A stretch of DNA of 44,743 nucleotides, the filler included, from Ranitomeya imitator (Eukaryota), in the NCBI RefSeq assembly GCF_032444005.1. It is 2 parts of 2 records of this genome, joined end to end, with 100 filler letters (N's around TTAATTAATTAA, not from the genome) between each part and the next. Parts side by side here need not be neighbours in the genome. Positions count along the whole stretch, not along the records: positions 15,594 to 44,743 come from NC_091286.1; 1 more part is not named here. One strand, 5' to 3'. Made by a program: the position numbers and the translations under genes. Shown here piece by piece: positions 24,360 through 34,840 of this stretch. The notes beneath the pieces are model-generated. The model saw only the letters and a list, made by a program, of their open reading frames with translations, searched no databases and had not been told where the DNA came from. The first letter of the stretch is position 1. Each line of letters begins with the position of its first letter.

Positions 24360-24860
24360 CTTGCTAAACTCTGCAGCTGCCACCAGGTTACACCCATTAT
24401 CACACACGACCATGCCTGGTTAGAGATTCAGTGGCAAAAACCACAGATCTCTGGTCTGTTATCCCTTTTAAGTAACTCCTGTTTAGAAGACAAACCACAC
24501 ACCGTGGCAAATTGGCTTCAGCAGATCCTGTTGCCGCTTCGCTGAGGCAGTGCAGAAGAGCTTCCTGCATTTGTGGATGACGTGCTCGGAAATGGAGGAT
24601 GAGTAGGAGGGGATGTAGGAATTTCTGGAGGTGGAGGAAACCCTGGTAAGAGTCAGCAATACTCTGCTTTAGGAGCACATGTGACGGACTTGGCCCCGCA
24701 TCCATAATGTTCCCCCAGTGTGCCATCATTGAAATGGTGTCCCTGGCCACAAGCGCTTGTCCACGTGTTGGTCGTTAAGTGGACAATCCCAATAAGGGTG
24801 TTGGTAAGGGTATGGGTGATGTTACTGAACACATGCTGGTTCCTGCCCTATAAATTGTCG
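24360..24860 (-). mobile_element. hAT transposase remnant (first catalytic Asp region)
   Basis: Minus strand HLTTNTWTSACGQG then, after a frameshift, ISMMAHWG, matching the HLTTDxWTS...SLTAHW motif. Confidence 0.7.
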
Positions 24861-25026
24861 GGAAAATGAAACTGCTATGGGTCAGCATGAAACATATTGG
24901 GGATAAAAATCATGAGCTCATGAGCACAAACCTAACAATGTAATAATGACTCCTATTATGTTACTGCCATATGATGTCAATGTAAAGCAAAGGTAGTTTT
25001 TTTATTTTTTTTGTTCTCCTGTGCAG

Positions 25027-25150
25027 AAAGTGCTGGATGAGTGCCAGGACCGGAGAAGCTGCCAGCTGCTTGTCAATAGTCATCTGTTCGGGTTGGATCC
25101 GTGTCCCGGGACCAGCAAGTATTTGATTGTGTGGTACAAATGCCGACCAA
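25027..25150 (+). CDS. EVA1C: EVA1C-like SUEL-lectin protein, internal exon (end of SUEL domain 1)
   Basis: Acceptor TTCTCCTGTGCAG, donor GTAAG at 25151; 124 nt, phase 0 to 1; KVLDECQDRRSCQLLVNSHLFGLDPCPGTSKYLIVWYKCRP closely parallels EVA1C KVLDECQ...VNS..FG.D.CPG.SKYL.V..KC.P. Orthologue versus paralogue unresolved. Confidence 0.92.
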
Positions 25151-25577
25151 GTAAGTAAAGGAATCTCCGAGTCTGGTTGAGGTTACACTTCTCATTATAT
25201 CAGTTTTCTTCATTGTCTTGGGAACCCTGCATGACCCCGGGCCGGCTAATGAAGTCCGGTGATGGCAATCTGGGCATGAACAGGGTTTTGGATAAAGGGG
25301 TCTAAAACTATTTAAAAAAAAAAATGCTGCAAACAAAACAAAAAGCAAAACAAACCTGTTATATTGTATTGGTGCAGCTCCTGAGGGGGTGGGACTCTAC
25401 TTGCTCATTGGTGTGGATTTTTTTGATTTTTGTTTTCATGCTCCTCCCACTTGTCCTGAAAGAAAAAAAAATATATATATTTTTTGGGGGGTAGGGGTTA
25501 TGTAGTAAACGCCTATAACGTTTAATTAAATGCAGGGAAATTTTTAGTTTGGTACACATAGCAAATTTTTGGACGTA

Positions 25578-26985
25578 CAGGTGCTTCACACAAAAATTAG
25601 AATATCATCAAAAAAGTTATTTTGGTTCTTCAATACAAAAAGTGAAACTCATATATTCTATAGTCATTACAAACAGAGTAATCGATTTCACGTGTTTTTC
25701 TGTTAATGTTGATTATGGCTTACAGCCAATGAAAACCCAAAGGTTGTTATCTCCGTAAATTGGAATACTTTATAACACCAGCTTGAAAAATGATTTAAAA
25801 AAACAAAATGTTGGCCTAATGAAATGTATGTTCAGTAAATGCACTCAACACTTGGTCGGGGCTCCTTTTGCATCAATTACTTCATCAGTGTGGTGTGGCT
25901 TGGAGGCGATCCACTTGTGGCACTGCTGAGGTGTTATGGAAGCCCAGGTTGCTTTGATAGCAGCCTTCAGCTCGTCTGCATTGTTGGGTCTGGGGTCTCT
26001 CATCTTCCTCTTAACAATACCCTATAGATTCTCTATGGGGTTAAGGTCAGGCGAGTTTGCTGCCAATCAAGCACAGTGATACTGTTGTTTGCCAAAAGAA
26101 CCAATACCTGGTTTACAGTGTGGACAGGGGCCAAGTCCTGCTGGAGAATGAAATTTCCATCTCCAAATAGCTTAACGGCAGAGGGAAGCATGAAGTGCTC
26201 TAAAATGTCCTGGTAGACGGCTGCGCTGACTTTGGTCTTGATAAAACACAGAGGACCTACACCAGCAGATGACATGGCTCCCCAAACCATCACTGACTGG
26301 AAACTTCACACTAGACATCAAGCAGCTTGGATTGTGAGGTCTCCACTCTTCCTCCAGACTCTGGGACCTTGATTTCCAAATAAAATGCTAAATTTACTTT
26401 CATCTGAAAACAACACCTTGGACCACTGACAACAGTCCAGTTCTTTTTCTCCTTGGCCCAGGTAAGATGTTTCTGGCGATGTCTATTGGTCATGAGTGGC
26501 TTTACACAAGGAATGTGACACTTGTAGCCCATGTCCTGGATACATCTGTGGTGTCTTTAAAGCAATGGCTCCAGCAGCAGTCCACTCCTTGTGAATCTCC
26601 CCCAACTTTTTGAATGGCCTTTTCTTAACAAACCTTTCAAGGCTGCGATTATCCCGGTTGCTTGTACACCTTTTTTCTACCACACTTTTTTTCTTCCACT
26701 CAACTTTAAATTAAAATGTTTGGATGCAGCACTCTGTGAACAGCCGGCTTCTTTAGCAATGACCTTTTGTGGCTTACCCTTCTTGTGGAGTGTCAATGAC
26801 GCCTTCTGGACATCTGTCAGGTCAGCAGTCTTCCCCATGATTGTGGAGCTACTGAAACAGACTAAGGGACCTTTTTTAAATGCTTAAAAAGCCTTTGCAG
26901 ATCTTATAAAGTATTCTAATTTACTGAGATAATGACTTTTGGGTCTTCATTGGCTGTAAGCCATAATCATTAACAGAAATAAACA
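25578..26985 (-). mobile_element. Tc1-like transposon with long TIRs, decayed, one end truncated
   Basis: TA|CAGGTGCTTCACACAAAAATTAGAATATC terminus; inner TIR part (about 25695-25770) recurs inverted at about 26910-26985. Transposase pieces RKKPLMTNRHRQKHLTWAKEKKNW, MVWGAMSSAGVGPL, LQQDLAPVHT. Confidence 0.9.
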
Positions 26986-28419
26986 GACTGGACATCTCAG
27001 GGTCTGAAACGACCCCACAATGTTTTTTTTCTTAGACCTGGACTCAGGATTCTTGGGTCCAAGTCTTCCGTGACAATTTTGACTGCAAGAGACTGGACAG
27101 CGTCCCAGTGCTTCCCCATTTTGGCAAGTACTGCTGTCATATATGTATGTTCTCATCCAGTTTTCCCAGACTCCTGATCAGCCAGTGCTAATGACATGTC
27201 AGCCATATTTTCCAGTGATAGAAGGGGCACTTGTCTCTTGCTATACTCCGAGGTGGGAGATGCGACTATTTCTATTGCTTTCCCAGAAACGTCCCACAAA
27301 AATACAGCTGGATAGACTGAGAGGTGCAGCATGAAACGTCGAGACCACGGAGGAAGCCTCACTTGTGCCATATTGTGGTCTTATGTGGTAGAGGGACTTC
27401 TGGACCCCTGGGACACTAGGGGCATTGCACTCTTTATATAGGCACCTGCTTAGACTTGTATGTGACTAAATCAATATTTGGACAAATGAAAAAAGATGAC
27501 AACCCTCATTATGGCTTTGTCATGGGTGGTCACCCAACTTTCCTATTCTTCTGGACAACAAATTCAGCAGGGAATACAGCCGAATTGGAGTAAGGAATGT
27601 ATTGCTGGAAAATGAGGCAAACTTTTTTTTATTTTCTCAAGAATTTAAAAATCTAGATGACATCTATAAAATGTGCACTTTGGATTTAAATTGGTCACCC
27701 AGCTTTTCCAAGAATATATAGACGCAACCTGGTGGAATCATCTACTCTTGTCATCTCCTGTTAAGATATTATTACCTAATATAATGTAAGAATAATCAAA
27801 TATTAAAACCTGAAGTGTTGATTGAGAATCATGGGGTTTCGACCCAGCTTTCCCAGATCTTTAAAAAGCAAATCTGCCTAGTCAGGTAATTCTATGGGAA
27901 CCGGGAATGTAGAACTAGACAAATGTGCATGTCCTGGGAAAGCTGGATGACTACCTGTGGGACATGACTTGCAGCCTTATTGATTGGAATTAACAATTTT
28001 GGGAAAGCTGGGTGACTACTTAATTTTTGATGCACTAGAAGAAATGAAGAGAAATTCATACAATTTAGGGGATCTGAAAATCTTTGCACAGAATTTTGCA
28101 TTTAGGAAGCAAAGAAAACAAAAACAAAGTTCTGCACATTTGTAAATGGTCGTCATAAAAAAAAAAATCACCATATTTATCTTGGATTGTAAATCCTTTA
28201 TGTGCTTCTTACACTCAGAGCTGCGTCTTGTGACTGCTCTCTGCTCCCCGTCCCTCTATTCTGTTACATTGTGCAACCTACTTCCTTTCCCAGTTGTCTG
28301 AGTTCCACTGCCTGGAACAAGGGGATGGTATCCCCAGGAGAGAGAGAAACTGGAAGAAAAAAATGAAATTAGTCCGTGGTCCTGGGCGCCCATGTTAAAG
28401 GAAAATTGAATAAAGTTTA

Positions 28420-29667
28420 TGTTCGTGACGCCACCTGTGGTATTCGGTCAGTGGGGACCGACGCTGCTTTAAGTGATCCACTGGGGTGATGTTATGGCAG
28501 CTAGATGGTATAACTTCCCATAAGTGAAGTATATCCCCAGGGCTCCCGGTGTGTAGATGGTAGACTGGTGAATGGCGCAGTAAAGAGCGAGAACACAGGT
28601 TTGCAGTCTCTTTACCTGGTTTACTGAAGACTTCAGGCAGCCATAGTCCAGGGCACCAGATCACAGGGCAGGTAGGGTCCGGCCGACTTGGAAGAGAATC
28701 CAGAGTCCCATTTACCAGGTGGAGTTAATAGCCTTCCTCTAGCGCGGTGTTGTAGTCCCTTACTGCCTATGGCTTCAGATACGGTCCTCACAGTTCTTCT
28801 CTGTCCCCGATATAGGATAGGACAATACTTGTATGACAGAGTCCCTGTAAAAAGGCTCAAGTTGTCTATCATGCCCCGGGCTCTATGTTACTGTGTCTCA
28901 GGTGTGTGTGTGGCGGACAGGTAACTTGCAATTCAGCTGTCCTGCCTGTCTCTGACGTAATCAAGAACATCAACAGTCACACTCAAGAAAAGATATCTTC
29001 AGAATATTGTGAGCCAAACATGTTTTTTTTATTATTTTGAAACACCAAAAATAGAGGTATCGCCGCAGTGTTGTAAGGTAACGTTTCGACCCTCTGGGTC
29101 TTTTTCAAACCTTACTTAGGATAGTAGACACGGAAAGGAGGACACAGATCCCTGAAGAGGTGCAGGAGTCCCGTTAGGGGCTATTACTTGGCGGTTGCTG
29201 GTGTCTGCGGTGGTGGTGTAAGTCTTAGTCCCTTACAACCTCGGTGTGCCGGCTACCGGTTATCTGCACTTTTCCAGGTAGACAGTCTGCTCGCTGCTGT
29301 CCTCCCCCGGTGTCCTCGCCTGTGCCTCGCTCTCCTTCACCCTCACTGAACGATGTCCTTTCCTTCTGTATGTCTTTCTCCAGGGGCTGTAGTACTTCAG
29401 GCTACACGGCCCCTTCAGACCTTCTGACACTGTCGGTCTGCTCCCTTCTCTCTCTGACGATCTGCCTTCTCTTTCCCTCCAAACCACAATATATAGGGGA
29501 GTAAAGTAGGAATAGGATCAAAAGCTCCCCCTTGTGGCCTGGAGTGTGAACATGTGTGTATGGTGATTAGCTGAAAAGTTATCCTTCATCGCTTCCAAAC
29601 ATAACATGACCTTTTCCATGAGAAAAGCAATGTAACTGTGACTACTAGGACCCTGGGGCACCATACA
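28420..29667 (-). mobile_element. Probable solo LTR interrupted by a Penelope-like fragment
   Basis: On minus it starts TGTATGGTGCCCCAGGG and ends GGCGTCACGAACA (TG...CA). No TSD seen. Unrelated segment at about 28950-29150. Confidence 0.45.
29073..29115 (-). ncRNA. Minimal type I hammerhead ribozyme (dimeric, Penelope-type)
   Basis: GUAAGGU-UUGAAAA-A-GACCC(AGA)GGGUC-GAAA-CG-UU-ACCUUAC: perfect 7-bp stem I, 5-bp stem II, palindromic ACGU stem III, U3-A8 core variant; AATAAA downstream near 29030. Confidence 0.75.
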
Positions 29668-30510
29668 GGCCTCACATCCAGCCTATATTACTGGGAGAGA
29701 CACACAGACCTCACATCCAGCCTATATTACTGGGAGACACACAGAGCTCACATCCAGCCTATATTACTGGGAGACACACACAGATCTCACATCCAGCCTA
29801 TATTACTGGGAGACACACAGAGCTCACATCCAGCCTATATTACTGGGAGACACACAGAGCTCACATCCAGCCTATATTACTGGGAGGCACACACAGCTCA
29901 CATCCAGCCAATATTACTGGGAGAGACACACAGAGCTCACATCCAGCCAATATTACTGGGAGAGACACGCAGAGCTCACATCCAGCCTATATTACTGGGA
30001 GAGACACGCAGAGCTCACATCCAGCCTATATTACTGGGAGAGACACACAAAGCTCACATCCAGCCTATAATACTGGGAGAGACACAGAGCTCACATCTAG
30101 CCTATATTACTGGTAGAGACACACAGAGCTCACATCCAGCCTATATTACTGGTAGAGACACACAGAGCTCACATCCAGCCTATATTACTGTGAGACACAG
30201 AGCTCACATCCAGCCTATATTACTGTGAGAGACACACAGACCCTCACATCCAGCCTATATTACTGGGAGACACACAGAGCTCACATCCAGCCTATATTAC
30301 TGGGATACTCACCCACTCACTATTACAAGAGGAGATGCCCATGCCCAGCGTTCACTTCCAGCCTGTATTATTTGTAGAGATGGAGCTCACATCCAGGATA
30401 TGTTACTGGGACAGACGCACAGACCTCACATCCAGCCTTTACTAGAGGGAGACATACACAGAGCTCACATCCATTCTATATTACTGGGGTATAGGCTGGA
30501 TGTGAAGTCT
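29668..30510. repeat. Minisatellite, 35-39 bp unit, about 20 copies
   Basis: Unit GAGCTCACATCCAGCCTATATTACTGGGAGACACACA with variable GA/CA dinucleotides; last copy inverted at about 30490-30510. Confidence 0.96.
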
Positions 30511-30639
30511 GTTCATCTATTACTGGTGTGACCAGTAGAAGCGCCACTGCAGCGCAAAACTGCTGTCTTCCATTCCACTCCTGCTCCCATCCTCCCGACG
30601 CCGATGTTTTAAAGTATTGGAATAAAGAAGTTTTTTAAC

Positions 30640-30673
<34 letters not shown>

Positions 30674-30707
30674 CATCCGTTCCTTTGAATTTTTGTATCC
30701 TCTATTA

Positions 30708-31054
30708 GGCTATGTGCACACGATGCGGAAAGCGCTGCGGATCCGCAGCTGCGCGTCCGTTTTTTGTTTCCCATAGGTTTACATTGTAATGTAAACTAAT
30801 GGGAAACTGCTGCGCTGTGCATATGCTGCAGAAAAAAACGCGCGGAAACGCAGCAGTTTACATTCCGCAGCATGTCACTACTTCCTGCGGATTACACAGC
30901 AGTTTTACAGCTGTTCCGATAGAAAACCGCAGTAGTAAAATCGCAGAAAAAATGCGGCAAATCCGCAGCAAAAACGCAGCATTTTTGCCCTGCAGATTTA
31001 TCAAATACGCTGCGGAAAAATCTGCAGTGGACCATTATACGTGTGCACATAGCC
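30708..31054. mobile_element. MITE, PIF/Harbinger-like (TTA target duplication)
   Basis: TTA|GGCTATGTGCACACG ... CGTGTGCACATAGCC|TTA: perfect 15-bp TIRs and 3-bp TSD. Confidence 0.9.
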
Positions 31055-31241
31055 TTACCGGGACACGCACACCTCGCATTCCAGCCTACACTGCCAGGAG
31101 GGTCATTCCCACAAGAAAAATCTGAAATTTTAATCATTCTGGAATCTCCATCAGAAGAGTCTGAAAATAAATGAAGATTGCAACCTGAAACTCGGTGATT
31201 ACTTTAAATATAAATTAAAAAAATAATGATTTTTACATATA

Positions 31242-32817
31242 CAGTGGGGCAAAAAAGTATTTAGTCAGTCAGCAATAGTGCAAGTTCCACCACTTAAATA
31301 GATGAGAGGCGTCTGTAATTTACAAACTGAAAAAAAACAGACAATGTGATTTTCTGGATTTTTTTTTCTAACATTTTATTTGCATATTATGGTGGAAAAT
31401 AAGTATTTGGTCAGAAACAAAATTTCATCTCAATACTTTGTAATATATCCTTTGTTGGCAATGACAGAAGTCAAACGTTTTCTGTAAGTCTTCACAAGGT
31501 TGCCACACACTGTTGTTGGTATGTTGGCCCATTCCTCCATGCAGATCTCCTCTAGAGCAGTGATGTTTTTGGCTTTTCGCTTGGCAACACGGACTTTCAA
31601 CTCCCTCCAAAGGTTTTCTATAGGGTTGAGATCTGGAGACTGGCTAGGCCACTCCAGGACCTTGAAATGCTTCTTACGAAGCCACTCCTTCGTTGCCCTG
31701 GCGGTGTGCTTTGGATCATTGTCATGTTGAAAGACCCAGCCACGTTTCATCTTCAATGCCCTTGCTGATGGAAGGAGGTTTGCACTCAAAATCTCACGAT
31801 ACATGGCCCCATTCATTCTTTCATGTACCCGGATCAGTCGTCCTGGCCCCTTTGCAGAGAAACAGCCCCAAAGCATGATGTTTCCACCACCATGCTTTAC
31901 AGTAGGTATGGTGTTTGATGGATGCAACTCAGTATTCTTTTTCCTCCAAACACGACAAGTTGTGTTTCTACCAAACAGTTCCAGTTTGGTTTCATCAGAC
32001 CATAGGACATTCTCCCAAAACTCCTCTGGATCATCCAAATGCTCTCTAGCAAACTTCAGATGGGCCCGGACATGTACTGGCTTAAGCAGTGGGACACGTT
32101 TGGCACTGCAGGATCTGAGTCCATGGTGGCGTAGTGTGTTACTTATGGTAGGCCTTGTTACATTGGTCCCAGCTCTCTGCAGTTCATTCACTAGCTCCCC
32201 CCGCGTGGTTCTGGGATTTTTTCTCACCGTTCTTGTGATCATTCTGACCCCACGGGGTGGGATTTTGCGTGGAGCCCCAGATCGAGGGAGATTATCAGTG
32301 GTCTTGTATGTCTTCCATTTTCTAATTATTGCTCCCACTGTTGATTTTTTTCACTCCAAGCTGGTTGGCTATTGCAGATTCAGTCTTCCCAGCCTGGTGC
32401 AGGGCTACAATTTTGTTTCTGGTGTCCTTTGACAGCTCTTTGGTCTTCACCATAGTGGAGTTTGGAGTCAGACTGTTTGAGGGTGTGCACAGGTGTCTTT
32501 TTATACTGATAACAAGTTTAAACAGGTGCCGTTACTACAGGTAATGAGTGGAGGAAAGAGGAGACTCTTAAAAAAGAAGTTACAGGTCTGTGAGAGCCAG
32601 AAATCTTGATTGTTTGTTTCTGACCAAATACTTATTTTCCACCATAATATGCAAATAAAATGTTAAAAAAAAGACAATGTGATTTTCTGGATTTTTTTTT
32701 CTCAGTTTGTCTCCCATAGTTGAGGTCTACCTATGATGTAAATTACAGACGCCTCATCTTTTTAAGTGGTGGAACTTGCACTATTGCTGACTGACTAAAT
32801 ACTTTTTTGCCCCACTG
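31242..32817 (-). mobile_element. Full-length Tc1 transposon (1576 bp) with about 200-bp TIRs
   Basis: TA|CAGTGGGGCAAAAAAGTATTTAGTC ... GACTAAATACTTTTTTGCCCCACTG|TA. Confidence 0.98.
31430..32453 (-). pseudogene. Tc1 DD34E transposase with a single +1 frameshift
   Basis: ATG at 32453 (MVKTKELSKDTRNKIV...); an A7 run near 32345-32351 shifts the frame; then open to the stop at 31430 through [13 protein letters not shown] and SPDLNPIE (34 residues between D and E). 1024 nt = 341 codons + 1. Confidence 0.93.
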
Positions 32818-32918
32818 TACATGTACTGCAATTTTATTGAAAGGTTGGACATCATTAACATAAGAAAAAAGTAAATAACATAATTAGAAATAACTTTTTT
32901 GCGCCGTCTTCACTTTAG

Positions 32919-33065
32919 ATGAATACAAGAGTAAGGTCGCCTGTGAAGATGACCGCCTGAGGCTGACCTGTAAAAGGAACACAGTCATCGCCATCTACTC
33001 GGCTACATTTGGAAGATTTCAGGGTGGAGACCTCGAGTGTCCGTTCCAGGACTTTGCTTCAGTGG
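32919..33065 (+). CDS. EVA1C: EVA1C-like protein, internal exon (first half of SUEL domain 2)
   Basis: Acceptor CTTCACTTTAG, donor GTAAG at 33066; 147 nt, phase 1 to 1; (N)EYKSKVACEDDRLRLTCKRNTVIAIYSATFGRFQGGDLECPFQDFASV; joins the 25150 exon in frame. Confidence 0.92.
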
Positions 33066-33892
33066 GTAAGACTCTAGAATCCACACGACCGCTTCCTCCT
33101 AAAAGAAAAAATTTATGGAAATAGTGTCAGTCTTCACTGTTGTTCTACAATCCTGTTCACAAACCAGAAAGCTCCTCATACAGTGGAACAGGACCCATCC
33201 TCATAGATTGTTACACCTAATTATGCCGGAAGAACTTGTCCGTACGGTGCAGACTATAACTCTTGGTGGCATGTCCTGTGGTGGCAGATTTGTTTTTTGT
33301 TCTTCTGTGGGTCGTTACTTCTGATTACGGAAGGTATTATTCTGTCCTGTGCGGCACAATTTGTCAATTTAAAAATAAACATTACAATCTTGTGTCTGCA
33401 AGCAATTTTGTATGCTGAAATATCTGGTGACACATTGCTGTATCTCTCTGCTGATGTGCTGAATTTACATGGGTCCTCCACACTTAGCCAGAAGATTCAG
33501 TTTTAGCATTTCAGGACAATAGTAGTTTTATAGGGTTGGAATCCCCAACCAAAAGTTACGGGTGTTACTTTAATAGGGGATAGGGCATCATGGCGCCGCT
33601 TATCAGTGTGAACAAATGGGTTAAAAATCCAACCAGATTAGGGATCTTGCTCTTCATATAGAGGGACTTTATGTAGCCCCTCTACATAATTTACGATTGA
33701 AGCCTTAATCCCCTTTAATTGTGGCAGGTACCGAGAGGTAAATGACTGCCGGGATGTGCTGTTACCAGTTAGCTCCATCTTTCCTGGTTCTTGTTTCCCG
33801 TGCAGGTAGAGGGTTTTCAGACAAACTAATAATTTCCTATTAATAAGGGTCATGTGATACAATGTAACCAGGAATGTTCCTCTTCTCCTCAG

Positions 33893-34036
33893 ATTGCCAG
33901 TCATCCTCCGCGCTGTCACTCATGGCCAAGCGCTGCCAAGGCAGGCGGACTTGTAGCGTTTACGCCAGCACTTATGAGTTTGGAGACCCGTGTTATCCTG
34001 GAATCCGCAAAAACCTCAATGTCGTCTACACTTGCG
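33893..34036 (+). CDS. EVA1C: EVA1C-like protein, internal exon (second half of SUEL domain 2)
   Basis: Acceptor TCTTCTCCTCAG, donor GTAAG at 34037; 144 nt, phase 1 to 1; (D)CQSSSALSLMAKRCQGRRTCSVYASTYEFGDPCYPGIRKNLNVVYTC has the SUEL FGDPC..K.L.V.Y.C signature. Confidence 0.93.
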
Positions 34037-34242
34037 GTAAGTCTCTGGTTGCCTTCATTCTTGTTGATGGTTGGAGACAATAGGAATGAGAAATAGTGAT
34101 TTTTCTTTTCATTGCAAAATTTTACTGTCTCACTGGGGGGCACTGTTGTGATGTAGTTGTGATGTTAAATAGTTATCGCAACATTTTTTTTTAAAATTCC
34201 TTGCATGTGATCCAATTTGCCTTGTTTACAAATATATGTAAC

Positions 34243-34840
34243 TTTTGGGTTTGCCGCTTCTGCTCTTTTGGGTTTGCCGCTTCGGCTCTTTTGGGTTTGC
34301 CGCTTCGGCTCTTTTGGGTTTGCCGCTTCGGCTCTTTTGGGTTTGCCGCTTCGGCTCTTTTGGGTTTGCCGCTTCGGCTCTTTTGGGTTTGCCGCTTCGG
34401 CTCTTTTGGGTTTGCCGCTTCGGCTCTTTTGGGTTTGCCGCTTCGGCTCTTTTGGGTTTGCCGCTTCGGCTCTTTTGGGTTTGCCGCTTCGGCTCTTTTG
34501 GGTTTGCCGCTTCGGCTCTTTTGGGTTTGCCGCTTCGGCTCTTTTGGGTTTGCCGCTTCGGCTCTTTTGGGTTTGCCGCTTCGGCTCTTTTGGGTTTGCC
34601 GCTTCGGCTCTTTTGGGTTTGCCGCTTCGGCTCTTTTGGGTTTGCCGCTTCGGCTCTTTTGGGTTTGCCGCTTCGGCTCTTTTGGGTTTGCCGCTTCGGC
34701 TCTTTTGGGTTTGCCGCTTCGGCTCTTTTGGGTTTGCCGCTTCGGCTCTTTTGGGTTTGCCGCTTCGGCTCTTTTGGGTTTGCCGCTTCGGCTCTTTTGG
34801 GTTTGCCGCTTCGGCTCTTTTGGGTTTGCCGCTTCGGCTC
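34243..34840. repeat. Near-perfect 23-bp tandem array, 26 copies
   Basis: (TTTTGGGTTTGCCGCTTCGGCTC)x26 = 598 bp; only the first copy carries a substitution (TTCTGCTC). Confidence 0.98.

Noticed and set aside
15594-25026. EVA1C-like first and second exons
   Set aside because: Scanned for CDG and FYG codon patterns and suitable splice sites; none convincing.
27317-27340. Hammerhead-like CTGAGAG...GAAACGTC
   Set aside because: Core lacks a nucleotide, stem II has a 1-nt loop and no stem I pairing is present.
29638-30228. 196-aa repetitive ORF
   Set aside because: Translation of the 37-bp minisatellite.
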